Assembly: GCA_051439505.1 (NCBI GenBank)
Contig: JBFRWI010000167.1
Span: forward strand, 1 to 49,682
Reading direction: 5' to 3'
Source of the DNA: Hormoscilla sp.
Lineage (GTDB): Bacteria; Cyanobacteriota; Cyanobacteriia; Cyanobacteriales; Desertifilaceae
DNA length: 49,682 nt
How positions within the stretch are numbered: the stretch's first letter is position 1; each line of letters opens with the position of its first letter. The position numbers were made by a program, and so were the translations under genes. The notes beneath the pieces are model-generated. The model made no database searches. It saw nothing but the letters and a program-made list of their open reading frames with translations, and was not told the origin of the DNA. This document shows, piece by piece, positions 10,913 through 20,330 of this stretch.

Positions 10913-11683
10913 ATGAAAAAGATAATATACTGGAGTAAGCCTGTGGTTTGCTGGACAATAGTGGCGATCGCCTCCATGCCGGGGACTGCGTTCGGTCAAG
11001 TTCAGAGGGTAGCACAGGCATTTCCGGGAAAATGCGCGATGGCGATCGCCGATAGCTTTGTGTACAATGAACCCGCTACCTCGGGACGGAGAATTAGAAG
11101 TCTGGGTCCGGAAGAACGGGTCGCGTTGGCAGATGAGGGGATGAATGGATGGATAGCGATCGATTCTCCGATCAAGGGGTTCGTACAGATAAAAGATCTG
11201 AAACCATGTAGCCCGATCGGGGAATGCCGGGTGGCCAAACAGAGTATATTTGTGTACGACAAACCTGACAGTTCGGGAAGAAAAATTAGAAGCTTACTGA
11301 CTAATGAAGAAGTTACCGTTGCCAGCAATAATGAGAATGGTTGGATAGCAATTAGTTCTCCGGCGAACGGGTTTGTCCAGGCAGCAAACCTGAAAATTTG
11401 CCCAGGGGGCGATCGGCCCCCTGGAGAGAATACCGGAAAATGTCGCCGAGTGACAGACCTGGTGGGTCAGGGACTGAATATCCGGGCACAACCAAACACT
11501 GAATCTGATATTATCGGATCCTTGTTTGCAGGAGATCTAGTCATCCTCACAACCACGGAAAACAGGGTAGATGAAGCAGGGCGGAACTGGGTGGAAATCT
11601 CCTTCCCGGAGAGGGGATGGATATCTGAGGGGTTTGGCGAATCAAACCCAGGCAACTTGGAAGCGGCTGCTTGTCCGCGTTAA
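10913..11683 (+). CDS. Secreted protein with three SH3b-like repeats
   Basis: Signal-peptide-like N-terminus; repeats VYxxP...I..L...E.V...NGWIAI.SP..GFV x2 and GLNIRAQP...WVEISFPERGWI. Confidence 0.75.
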   Translation: MKKIIYWSKPVVCWTIVAIASMPGTAFGQVQRVAQAFPGKCAMAIADSFVYNEPATSGRRIRSLGPEERVALADEGMNGWIAIDSPIKGFVQIKDLKPCSPIGECRVAKQSIFVYDKPDSSGRKIRSLLTNEEVTVASNNENGWIAISSPANGFVQAANLKICPGGDRPPGENTGKCRRVTDLVGQGLNIRAQPNTESDIIGSLFAGDLVILTTTENRVDEAGRNWVEISFPERGWISEGFGESNPGNLEAAACPR

Positions 11684-11746
11684 TTCCAGTATGTTACATT
11701 AGAGATACTCTGTAAAGTTCGGGAAAAGGAAAGGAGATCCCAGAAG

Positions 11747-11899
11747 ATGAGCGCAACAGTTTCAGAGATAGCAGTCAAAACGATCGACAACGAGGAAAAG
11801 CAGTTAGGAGAATACGCCGGGAAGGTTCTCTCGATCGTGAATGTGGCCTCCTACTGCGGTTACACTCCTCAATACAAAGGACTAGAAGCTTTGAACTGA
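11747..11899 (+). pseudogene. Truncated glutathione peroxidase (N-terminal 50 aa)
   Basis: Manual translation [50 protein letters not shown], containing the GPx NVASxCG motif; AGGAG RBS; stop abuts an AATTCAC-type repeat tract. Confidence 0.88.
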
Positions 11900-11937
11900 C
11901 AATCTTCAATTCACAATTTTCAATTCACAATTCACAA

Positions 11938-12753
11938 ATGAAGAACATTGCAATAATTGGGTGCGGTTACGTAGGAACAGCAGTGGCCCGCTATTGGCAG
12001 CAGTTAGGATATCAGATGACTGTAACGACAACGACACCCGATCGGGTAACAGAATTAGAAGCTGTAGCCCAACAAGTGGTAGTTGTCAAAGGAAATGACG
12101 CGATCGGGCTGCGATCGGTGTTAGAAAAGCAGGATACAGTGGTGGTGACGGTGGGTGCCAGGGGTCAAATGTATGTAGAAGCGTACCTAAAAACTGCCCA
12201 AACTCTCGTCTCGGTGCTGAAGGAAATTCCTACGGTCAGACAAGTTATTTATACGGGAAGTTATGGAGTTTACGGGAACAAAGATGGGGCCTGGGTAGAT
12301 GAATCATCACCTGTAGCACCTGCTAATGAAAATGTACAGATTCTCTGCGATACGGAGGAGGTGTTACTGTCAGCAGCAGGGGAAAACCTGGGGGTTTGTA
12401 TTCTGCGCCTGGGGGGAATTTACGGTCCCGGACGGGAACTGGTGAAGATATTTAGTCGCGCGGCGGGGAAGACTCGTCCTGGTGATGGCACGGAGGCAAC
12501 AAATTGGATTCATTTGGATGATATTGTGGGGGCGATCGCATTTGCAGATGAACGGCAATTGCAAGGGATATATAACTTAGTGGATGACGAACATTTGACC
12601 AATCGAGAATTGCTGGACAAGGTATTTAAAAAGCATAAATTACCGAATGTGACCTGGGATCCGGAGAGTAAGCGATCGAATAATGCCTGGGTATCGAATC
12701 AGAAGATAAAAGCAGCGGGTTATCAGCTAATTTACCCCCAAAGGATAATTTAA
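11938..12753 (+). CDS. NAD-dependent epimerase/dehydratase (atypical SDR)
   Basis: IIGCGYVG Rossmann motif, VYG...WVDE, LRLGGIYGPGR, NWIHLDD. Confidence 0.9.
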   Translation: MKNIAIIGCGYVGTAVARYWQQLGYQMTVTTTTPDRVTELEAVAQQVVVVKGNDAIGLRSVLEKQDTVVVTVGARGQMYVEAYLKTAQTLVSVLKEIPTVRQVIYTGSYGVYGNKDGAWVDESSPVAPANENVQILCDTEEVLLSAAGENLGVCILRLGGIYGPGRELVKIFSRAAGKTRPGDGTEATNWIHLDDIVGAIAFADERQLQGIYNLVDDEHLTNRELLDKVFKKHKLPNVTWDPESKRSNNAWVSNQKIKAAGYQLIYPQRII

Positions 12754-12836
12754 TCTGGTAGTAGGGTGGGCATCGCCCACCATCTACTGCCAGGCAATAT
12801 TTTTCGCAATCATCAATTACAAAAAAGGAGCAAAAG

Positions 12837-13520
12837 ATGACAAAGCTGATTGTAATCACAGGTGTAAGTAAAGGACTGGGTCTAGGAATGACCGAAAAAT
12901 TTATTGAGTTGGGACATAGGGTGCTGGGTTGCGCCCGATCGGCCTCTGAGGTGGAGAAACTAAATCAGAAATTTGCAGCGCCCCATAATTTTACAGCGGT
13001 GGACGTAGCGGATGAAAGGCAAGTGAAAGCTTGGGCGGCAAAACTGTTAGCCAATTACTCGGCCCCGGATCTGCTGATTAATAATGCTGCTGCAATGAAT
13101 CACCCGGCACCTCTGTGGCAGGTCGATCGGGCGGAATTTGACCAACTAATTGATGTTAATATTAAAGGTGTGGCGAATGTGATTCGTCATTTTGTCCCAG
13201 GGATGATCTCCAGGCAAAATGGGATTATCGTAAACTTCAGTTCCACATGGGGGCGATCGACTTCCCCCCAAGTCGCGCCCTATTGTGCTAGTAAATGGGC
13301 AATTGAGGGCTTAACCAGGGCCTTAGCTCAAGAATTGCCTGCTGGCATGGCGGCCATTCCTCTGAACCCGGGTATTATTCATACAGACATGCTGGAGACT
13401 TGCTTCGGAGATCATGCTGCTGCTTACATGCCTGTAAAAGACTGGGCGGAAAAAGCAGTTCCGTTCTTACTGGGTTTGTCCCCAAAAGATAATGGCTCAC
13501 CGCTGACAGTTCCTGCATAG
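12837..13520 (+). CDS. Short-chain dehydrogenase/reductase
   Basis: TGVSKGLG, LINNAA, SS, YCASK (YxxxK). Confidence 0.93.
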   Translation: MTKLIVITGVSKGLGLGMTEKFIELGHRVLGCARSASEVEKLNQKFAAPHNFTAVDVADERQVKAWAAKLLANYSAPDLLINNAAAMNHPAPLWQVDRAEFDQLIDVNIKGVANVIRHFVPGMISRQNGIIVNFSSTWGRSTSPQVAPYCASKWAIEGLTRALAQELPAGMAAIPLNPGIIHTDMLETCFGDHAAAYMPVKDWAEKAVPFLLGLSPKDNGSPLTVPA

Positions 13521-13531
13521 GGTAATGGTAA

Positions 13532-14740
13532 ATGGGTAAGATGTGGAAAAACTTTTGGCAGTGGTTGCAGGGGTTGCTGCGCAGGTTGTTGGGCCGATCG
13601 CCTCAAAGAAAAGTACCCCATAAACAGCAGGAAAATGTGCAGCCCCTTTTCTATCAGAATTATGAATTTCTGTTCCTGCGGTTGCTGGACGGGGTTGCAG
13701 GGGGTTGGCAAGAACAACAGGCGTTACAGTTTCTGGCAGCATGGGAAAATCGTACCACGGAAGCTGATTGGATAGCTTGGTTGCATAGCTTCGGAGAACG
13801 GACCCTGTCTTCAACATACCCTAATGTAGAATTAGGACGGCGAATGCTGCTGCTAAGTAAAGTTGGTTGTGGAGAGTTGGGAAGAGTTGCTGGGGAATTT
13901 GGAGAAGAGTTGCTGAGGCGATCTTCTCAAATACAGGATCTAAAAGTATCCAATACTCGGGAGGCGATCGCCCTTCCTACCGTCATTGAAAATACTCCGG
14001 AACCAGAGGATAACGTCCCGGAACTCGTACCGGAAACTCCTCCAGAGGCTATTTATCCTCCAGATATAAGGGAATTAAAAGCAGAGGCGATCGCCGCAAC
14101 TCGTCCCCCCGTACAGAAAAGTAATGCACCGGTTAAGGGTCAAGGGCAACCAGACAGTTTGGAGGGCGTATTGGCCATGTTGCAAAATAATTCTGGGATG
14201 GTCAAGCAACTGGCTCGGCAGATGGGTATGCAAACAAGAAACCCCCAGGTTATTCTCACGGAATTGGAAGCTAGAGCTTGGATTAAAGAAGGATTAAAAT
14301 ATCAAAATGTTGGAGATTTGTCAAGGGCGATCGCATGCTGCGATCGGGCATTATCCCTGAAACCAGATTACCATATATGTTGGGCAATGCGAGGGGATGC
14401 GCTGTTTAAGTTAAAAAGATATAAATTGGCAGTGACCTCTTATAAAAAAGCTACCGAACTGAAACCAGATGACTGGGAAGCTTGGTATAATCAAGCTATG
14501 GCATTGTTTAAGTTATCACGACATGCAGAAGCAGTGGCTAGTTTCCAGCAGTCTCTGAAACTAAAACCGAATTTTGCCCCCGCTTGGAAAAATTTGGCCA
14601 TTGCTTTGTTTAACCTGAAACTATATTCAGAGGCGATCGCATCTTGCGAACGGGCCCTGAAAATACAGCCCCAGGACCAAGTAGCGATAAATTGTATGGA
14701 GAATTATCGGGCAGCTCTTAGGCAGCAGGATGATGTATAA
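13532..14740 (+). CDS. Tetratricopeptide repeat protein
   Basis: Four C-terminal TPR units (AIACCDRALSLKPD, AVTSYKKATELKPD, etc.). Confidence 0.88.
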   Translation: MGKMWKNFWQWLQGLLRRLLGRSPQRKVPHKQQENVQPLFYQNYEFLFLRLLDGVAGGWQEQQALQFLAAWENRTTEADWIAWLHSFGERTLSSTYPNVELGRRMLLLSKVGCGELGRVAGEFGEELLRRSSQIQDLKVSNTREAIALPTVIENTPEPEDNVPELVPETPPEAIYPPDIRELKAEAIAATRPPVQKSNAPVKGQGQPDSLEGVLAMLQNNSGMVKQLARQMGMQTRNPQVILTELEARAWIKEGLKYQNVGDLSRAIACCDRALSLKPDYHICWAMRGDALFKLKRYKLAVTSYKKATELKPDDWEAWYNQAMALFKLSRHAEAVASFQQSLKLKPNFAPAWKNLAIALFNLKLYSEAIASCERALKIQPQDQVAINCMENYRAALRQQDDV

Positions 14741-14797
14741 TGGCAACTAGATTACAATTAGGGTAGGGGCACGGCATTTAGCAAGAGGAGGGATTAA

Positions 14798-15158
14798 ATG
14801 CATATAGCCAAAATGACCAGTGACGGACAAGTGACAATTCCTGAAGAACTTCGCAGCAAGCTGGGGCTAGAAGAAGGAGATGAATTGATGTTTTTTGTGG
14901 AAAGTGAGAAAATAATGCGGCTCAGAGTGCTTAAACCCAGGCGACTGAGGGAATTTGCAGGTGCTTTGCCAGCTACCCTGTCGCGCATTATAATTGCATG
15001 GATCCAAATGCTGAAACCCAAGAATCAATTGCTTTCCCCATTTTGAATTTTGAATTTTGAATTTTGAATTGCTTACCCGTCCTTACCCAGGTAAGGAAGC
15101 TGTCCGTCAGGAAGTTGGGGAAGCTCTTGCTAAAAAGATGTTACGTGAGAGAAGATGA
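14798..15158 (+). pseudogene. AbrB/MazE/SpoVT-family antitoxin interrupted by a 100-bp insertion
   Basis: AKMTSDGQVTIPEELRSKLGLEEGDEL motif. Deleting 14976-15075 restores ...GALPATRPYPGKEAVRQEVGEALAKKMLRERR* (86 aa). Confidence 0.85.
14976..15073. mobile_element. 98-bp non-autonomous mini-element, TA-flanked (copy 1)
   Basis: TA|CCCTGTCGCGCATTATAATTGC...GCTGAAAC...(TTTTGAA)n TTGCT|TA; homologous to 33777-33875. Confidence 0.8.
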
Positions 15159-15209
15159 GTTATCATGGATAATAGAGATGTTAAATGAGCAATTAATTAA
15201 CCGAAAATC

Positions 15210-16028
15210 ATGCACAAAAGATATATTTCTGCTTCCCTAGCAGTAATTTTTTTTATTTTGCTCGCCAGCGCCTGCGGTATATTTGACTCAGAATCTCATA
15301 GCAAAGCAGAAAACTTACAACAAACTCAGGCCCCCATGTACAGCTACCGCATTGTTAAGCGTTACCCCCACGACCCTGAAGCATTCACACAAGGTTTGTT
15401 CTACCACAATGGCCAACTTTACGAGGGCACTGGTTGGTGGGGCAAGTCTTCTCTACGCCGAGTTGAACTGGACACTGGCAAGGTTTTGCAAATCTCTAAC
15501 CTGGATAAGCGCTACTTCGGAGAGGGTATAGTTCTCTGGCAAGACCGCATTATTCAATTGACTTGGAGGTCGAAGACCGGTTTTGTCTACGATCGGGATA
15601 CCTTTGAAAAAATCAGGGAGTTTACCTATCCTACAGAAGGTTGGGGAATTACTCACGATGGCCAGCGTCTAATTATGAGCGATGGCACGGATACTTTGTA
15701 CTTTTGGGATCCCAAGACCTTACGGGCGATCGGGAAGCTGCAAGTCCGGGACGGTGATACCCCTGTTCCCCTCCTCAATGAGTTGGAGTATATTAAAGGG
15801 GAAATTTGGGCTAATGTTTTTGGGACCGATATGATCGCTCGCATTTCCCCCCAGACGGGTGAAGTTTTGAGCTGGATAGACTTGACAGGGTTGCTCGATC
15901 CCGCACTGCGAAAGGATCCCAATGCGGTGCTGAATGGGATCGCCTATGATGAAAAGGGCGATCGCCTGTTCGTGACCGGAAAGCTGTGGCCGACATTATT
16001 TGAAATCGAATTAGTTCCCAAACCCTAG
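15210..16028 (+). CDS. Glutaminyl-peptide cyclotransferase (lipoprotein)
   Basis: LASAC lipobox; YPHDPEAFTQGL, YEGTG, YFGEG, QLTW, EGWG, LNELE, VLNGIA. Confidence 0.95.
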   Translation: MHKRYISASLAVIFFILLASACGIFDSESHSKAENLQQTQAPMYSYRIVKRYPHDPEAFTQGLFYHNGQLYEGTGWWGKSSLRRVELDTGKVLQISNLDKRYFGEGIVLWQDRIIQLTWRSKTGFVYDRDTFEKIREFTYPTEGWGITHDGQRLIMSDGTDTLYFWDPKTLRAIGKLQVRDGDTPVPLLNELEYIKGEIWANVFGTDMIARISPQTGEVLSWIDLTGLLDPALRKDPNAVLNGIAYDEKGDRLFVTGKLWPTLFEIELVPKP

Positions 16029-16286
16029 ACAGATTAAACCTACGGGAAAATAAACCGGGTTTCTGTGACAATGAAGTTTCCGAGCGATCGGGCAATAAAA
16101 TCAACAAGGTTTCTGCTACAAATTATGTCATTATGCTATTCACCAAAGCAAATATTTCTCACCTCTTGTAGCACGCTATTATTCGCCCGAGATTACTTTC
16201 GCTCTTCTGCATCAGCAACGAAATTCAACCTACAGATGTAGCGTAATAAAGAGACCATATAATCAAACCCTACCCTGGATAATGCC

Positions 16287-16571
16287 ATGACAGACTCATA
16301 CCTGCCTGAAGAACCCATAACTGCCGATGATAGCCTGCCCCGGGAAACCAGAGTCATCCAGCTGCGCCACCTGATAGAAACCTTGCAAATAGCCGATGAA
16401 ATAGCCAGCAAAGCCTACCTGATAACCAGTTCCGAACTCGCCGACCTCATGGATATCAACGCCAGCGCCGTCACCTCGAGGGGCGAGCACTGGGTGTGGC
16501 GTAACTGGGTAGTCTCCCGAGTCCGACGGGAAGGCAATCAAATCCTCTGGCAACTAGAACGAGTCGATTGA
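16287..16571 (+). CDS. Conserved cyanobacterial hypothetical protein (94 aa)
   Basis: Plausible ORF resembling a cyanobacterial family (LITSSELADLMD...WVWRNW..SRVRREGNQILWQ), recognised from memory. Confidence 0.75.
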   Translation: MTDSYLPEEPITADDSLPRETRVIQLRHLIETLQIADEIASKAYLITSSELADLMDINASAVTSRGEHWVWRNWVVSRVRREGNQILWQLERVD

Positions 16572-16574
16572 TGG

Positions 16575-16730
16575 GAGAATTGAGAATTGAGAATTGAGAA
16601 TTGAGAATTGAGAATTGAGAATTGAGAATTGAGAATTACCCCATTCGCCATTCGCCATTCGCCATTCGCCATTCGCCATTCGCCATTCGCCATTCACCAT
16701 TCACCATTTTCCATTCGCCATTCGCCATTC
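16575..16730. repeat. STRR heptamer tracts (GAGAATT)n and (CCATTCG)n between convergent genes
   Basis: Directly visible tandem heptamers. Related tracts at ~3240-3285, 11900-11937, 22866-22965, 26033-26087, 31990-32096, 33700-33772, 34550-34650. Confidence 0.95.
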
Positions 16731-17910
16731 ACAATTGACTATATTCCCGCCCGCGCCACTGGATCGACTTCTGGAAAGAGGATAGCCAAATTCTGGTGAA
16801 AGCTAAAGGGTCTGCCAGAGGAGAAAGCCAGAAGATCCAGGCTAGCTTTGCCTGTTGCAAATCATAGGTAGGCGCGATCGCCCAACACAAAGCCCAGCGA
16901 ATAGCCACCAAAAACAAATTAAACCCAGTAGCAACCTCCAGAAAAACACCCCCATATCCCAGTCCCATGGAAGTGAATAAAAAGATGAGAGCAAGTATAG
17001 GCAAACCCTGGACAGATCCTAGCAGCGACAAATCACCCCACAGCATACTTTGACTAGAAGCATCTTTCAAATCGAGACTGCGCCCCCAGAACTGCCAAGT
17101 TTCTTTCGCCCCCTCATACATCCGTACCTTCAGCACCCGAGAACCATCCAGAAATCCCACCTTAAACCCTCGCACTGCCGCAGATCGTGCCAGAGTCACA
17201 TCATCGCAAAAGGACGATCGGGCAATAGTATAGCCATCCAGCAGTTCCAAAACCCTCCGACGGCAGAGGAAACACTGACCATTTGCCATCACCCGTTCGG
17301 GAGCATCATCCGATCCCGCCGCACCAAACCTGTAAACCAAAGTCATCAACAGTGCCGGTTGCAGCCATAGCTCTCCGGGATACTTCAGGATAAACTGAGG
17401 CGACAGAGATATTAAATCGTAACCTTCCGCCTCTGCGACGTTCAGCAAACCCGCCACCAAACCAGGACTCGGTTGAGTATCGGCATCAATACCTAAAATC
17501 CAATCACTTTTAGGGGAACTGTGTAAAAAACCCCCATGCAAAGCCCAGGGACGCCCCACCCAACCAGTGGGCAGGGGGTCATCTGTAATCAAACGAAATC
17601 TCGGATCCCGCTGTCCCGCCGCCTCCACCAACTCCCGAGTACCATCTGTCGAGTTGCTATCGACAACAATAACTTCTCTCACTTCATAGCTTTGCCGAGT
17701 CAAAAGGGCCAGGCAAGGTGAAATGCGATCGGCCTCATTCAGAGTCGGCACCACCACCGTCACCGCACCCAACTGTTCTAGCACCGGGGATAGAGGTTCC
17801 ACGGGGGGACGACGCCCCGGTGCTTTCAGCAAACGCGAAAGTAAAATAGCAGTAGCGGGTGCCTGGACCAGCAGCATCAGCAGTGCGATCGCGCCCACGA
17901 TTGTTACCAT
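16729..17910 (-). CDS. cruG: Carotenoid 2'-O-glycosyltransferase (GT2), myxoxanthophyll synthesis
   Basis: VVVPTLNE, VVDSNSTDGT, GWVGRPWAL, IDADT, ANGQC, FCDD; directly downstream of cruF. Confidence 0.9.
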   Translation of the reverse strand: MVTIVGAIALLMLLVQAPATAILLSRLLKAPGRRPPVEPLSPVLEQLGAVTVVVPTLNEADRISPCLALLTRQSYEVREVIVVDSNSTDGTRELVEAAGQRDPRFRLITDDPLPTGWVGRPWALHGGFLHSSPKSDWILGIDADTQPSPGLVAGLLNVAEAEGYDLISLSPQFILKYPGELWLQPALLMTLVYRFGAAGSDDAPERVMANGQCFLCRRRVLELLDGYTIARSSFCDDVTLARSAAVRGFKVGFLDGSRVLKVRMYEGAKETWQFWGRSLDLKDASSQSMLWGDLSLLGSVQGLPILALIFLFTSMGLGYGGVFLEVATGFNLFLVAIRWALCWAIAPTYDLQQAKLAWIFWLSPLADPLAFTRIWLSSFQKSIQWRGREYSQL

Positions 17911-17913
17911 AAG

Positions 17914-18819
17914 TTACTTAGCCACCATTTCCATCGGCTCTTTTGGCCTTTCCGTCTCGGGGTAGTCTCCTGGGTCTGTAGCTGGTTGTGCCATCCACCA
18001 CAGTAATATAACAGGTGCAGCCCCCACCAACAAACCCAATACTACAGGCACCCATAACCCTGCTGCCAAACTCAAGACCGAAGCAAAGGCCAGGTTACTC
18101 AAATAGACTACCAGGGGCAGAACCAACTGGGTGCGGTGCAATCGAGTGGGTTGCTTTGGCCACAAAACCGTCGCCACCGTCATAAACAATGCCCCAGTTG
18201 CCATCCAGCCCGCAAAATTCTGCAAAGGCATGCCAAAAAAAGCCCCCGGTTGCAGCCACTCCCAGAAGGGAACCGCTGTCTGACTCATCGCCGGGTCCAG
18301 GACAAAGTCCCAAGCCGTCAGAAACAGGGCCCCAAGGGCGATCGCGCCGACATAATTTCGCCATCCATTATCCTTGAGAACCGCTTCCAGGCCAGCACGA
18401 GCAATCAAATAGCAAACCAAACCCAAGTAAAACCAGGAAAGGGGGATTGTCAATGGCACCAGACCAGCAATTTTATAGCCCAAACCATCCAAGTACTGGT
18501 AGTGACCAAAAGGAAAACCCGTACTGGTTCCCAACAGTTCGCTTCCCAAGGACAGAAACACGGAGGGCAGCATAAACGCCAGCCATTGCCGCAGTCCCAG
18601 ACGACGGTAGGCATAAATAGCCACAGCTGCTGTCCCCAAGAGCATGTAAACCACTCCACCCCCTGCCATACTCCATTGGAATGCAGTTATCCCAAAGGGT
18701 GGTAAGCTGATAATAAATTCTGGATTAGGCAAGACTAGCAACAGTCCCGCCAACCCAAAGACCATTGATACCACGTGACCGATCGAGCAGAAGCGCTCTA
18801 GGATAACAAGTTGCTTCAT
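17914..18819 (-). CDS. cruF: Gamma-carotene 1'-hydroxylase (CruF family)
   Basis: SELLGTSTGFPFGHY, WDFVLDPAM, FFGMPLQNFAGW; polytopic membrane protein; cruF-cruG pair. Confidence 0.92.
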   Translation of the reverse strand: MKQLVILERFCSIGHVVSMVFGLAGLLLVLPNPEFIISLPPFGITAFQWSMAGGGVVYMLLGTAAVAIYAYRRLGLRQWLAFMLPSVFLSLGSELLGTSTGFPFGHYQYLDGLGYKIAGLVPLTIPLSWFYLGLVCYLIARAGLEAVLKDNGWRNYVGAIALGALFLTAWDFVLDPAMSQTAVPFWEWLQPGAFFGMPLQNFAGWMATGALFMTVATVLWPKQPTRLHRTQLVLPLVVYLSNLAFASVLSLAAGLWVPVVLGLLVGAAPVILLWWMAQPATDPGDYPETERPKEPMEMVAK

Positions 18820-19065
18820 GGCTTTCCTGAATAGCCCCTAACTTTCAGTTAACAAATCTTTACTTTCTTAAGTTAGCTTACTTTTGTTAATTTATGTTAA
18901 AGTTGACGTAGATAGATATATCTGATATAATGCATCAGCGCTCAAGCCGTGAGCGGAATGGGGCAATGGCGAAGTCAAACGTAAATCTCAAATCTCAAAA
19001 GCTATTCGGGGCTGCCCATGGCACAATAGAGTCGAATTTCACCATACAAATAGTTCAAGTCTATA

Positions 19066-20265
19066 GTGAACATAGAAATTATTCTCATTGCGGTAGGAGC
19101 GGCGGCGACTTTACTTTTACTCTTACTCGCCCTCGCGCTAGAATTACAATATCGGCGTCGTCCGGGAAATAACCTGGAGTTGACTGCGGGAAACTGGAAA
19201 CTAGACATGCCGTCACCGCAGCATTATCAACTAACAGGTACGCTCGAATTCATCAACCGGACTAAGGCACTAGAGATTATGTTGCCAGAAGTCTGGGCAG
19301 AAGTAAAACTGTTGTCGGCATCCTCTCTCGAAGGCATCAGCTGCACGACTAAGGTGATCCCTTTGCACTCCGATGTCCCCGCTAGAGAGGACGGTTACTG
19401 GGATGCTTACATCGTCAAGATTGGCAAGAAAACCAAGATTCAAGTCAGAGTAGAGATTACAGGTGACAATCTCACTCAGATGCAAACCGCCTGGATGCAA
19501 ATTCACTATGTCACCTATGGCCCGGAAGGCAGAATTGACAACGTCCGCCAGATCATCTATCCCTTGCAATATCCCGATAGCAGTATAGCACCCAAAAAGA
19601 TAAAAGTCAAGGGAGCAGAAGTGATGCCGATCCGGACTCACCTGCTGACGGAACTGGATAATCCCGTAGAGGTAGTCAAGCGTTATGTTCTGCCTCACGC
19701 CAAAGCAGGGGATATAGTAGCGATCGGGGAAACTCCGGTAGCGCTGATGCAGGGAAGATATCGTCATCCCAGTAGGATCGAGCCCGGTTGGGCAGCAAAA
19801 CGGGTATGCTATTACTTTATGCCGACATCAAGCTTGGCTACAGCTTGCGGCATGCAAACTTTGGTGGATATAGTGGGACCAATACGGGTAGTGCTAGCCT
19901 TTGTCATCGGGGCGATCGCCAAAGCAGTATTGCGCAAGCCAGGGGTATTCTACCAGCTAGCGGGAGAGCAAGCCAGACTGATCGATGACGTAACTGGCAC
20001 CCTGCCCCCCTACGATCAATTTATCGTCCTGGGACCAGAAGATCCTCAGCAGGTAGTGACCGAAATCAAACAAGAGACAGGATTATCAGCCGCGATCGTA
20101 GATGTGAACGACTTAAAAGCAGTTAAGATATTGGCAGCAACTCCTGGTATCGATACCTCCACCTTAGAGCAAGCTTTGATCGGCAACCCAGCTGGGAATG
20201 CAGACGAGCAGACACCGGTAGTGCTGATTGCGGGGGGTCGCGCAGCCAATAACTCGCGCACTTAG
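19066..20265 (+). CDS. F420-0:gamma-glutamyl ligase-like protein with N-terminal membrane anchor
   Basis: PIRTHLL, GDIVAIGETPVA, LIDDVTGTLPPYD, IVDVNDL, NPAGNADEQTPVVLI. Confidence 0.8.
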   Translation: MNIEIILIAVGAAATLLLLLLALALELQYRRRPGNNLELTAGNWKLDMPSPQHYQLTGTLEFINRTKALEIMLPEVWAEVKLLSASSLEGISCTTKVIPLHSDVPAREDGYWDAYIVKIGKKTKIQVRVEITGDNLTQMQTAWMQIHYVTYGPEGRIDNVRQIIYPLQYPDSSIAPKKIKVKGAEVMPIRTHLLTELDNPVEVVKRYVLPHAKAGDIVAIGETPVALMQGRYRHPSRIEPGWAAKRVCYYFMPTSSLATACGMQTLVDIVGPIRVVLAFVIGAIAKAVLRKPGVFYQLAGEQARLIDDVTGTLPPYDQFIVLGPEDPQQVVTEIKQETGLSAAIVDVNDLKAVKILAATPGIDTSTLEQALIGNPAGNADEQTPVVLIAGGRAANNSRT

Positions 20266-20330
20266 TATTAGCCTCCTGTCTAAGGATGGCCCATTAGCTG
20301 TTACCAGAAACTCACTCCCGTGGTCTCACC

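Noticed and set aside
11897..11899. Selenocysteine readthrough of the GPx TGA
   Set aside because: The catalytic position is already Cys (TGC); the TGA is elsewhere and is followed by repeats, not GPx sequence.
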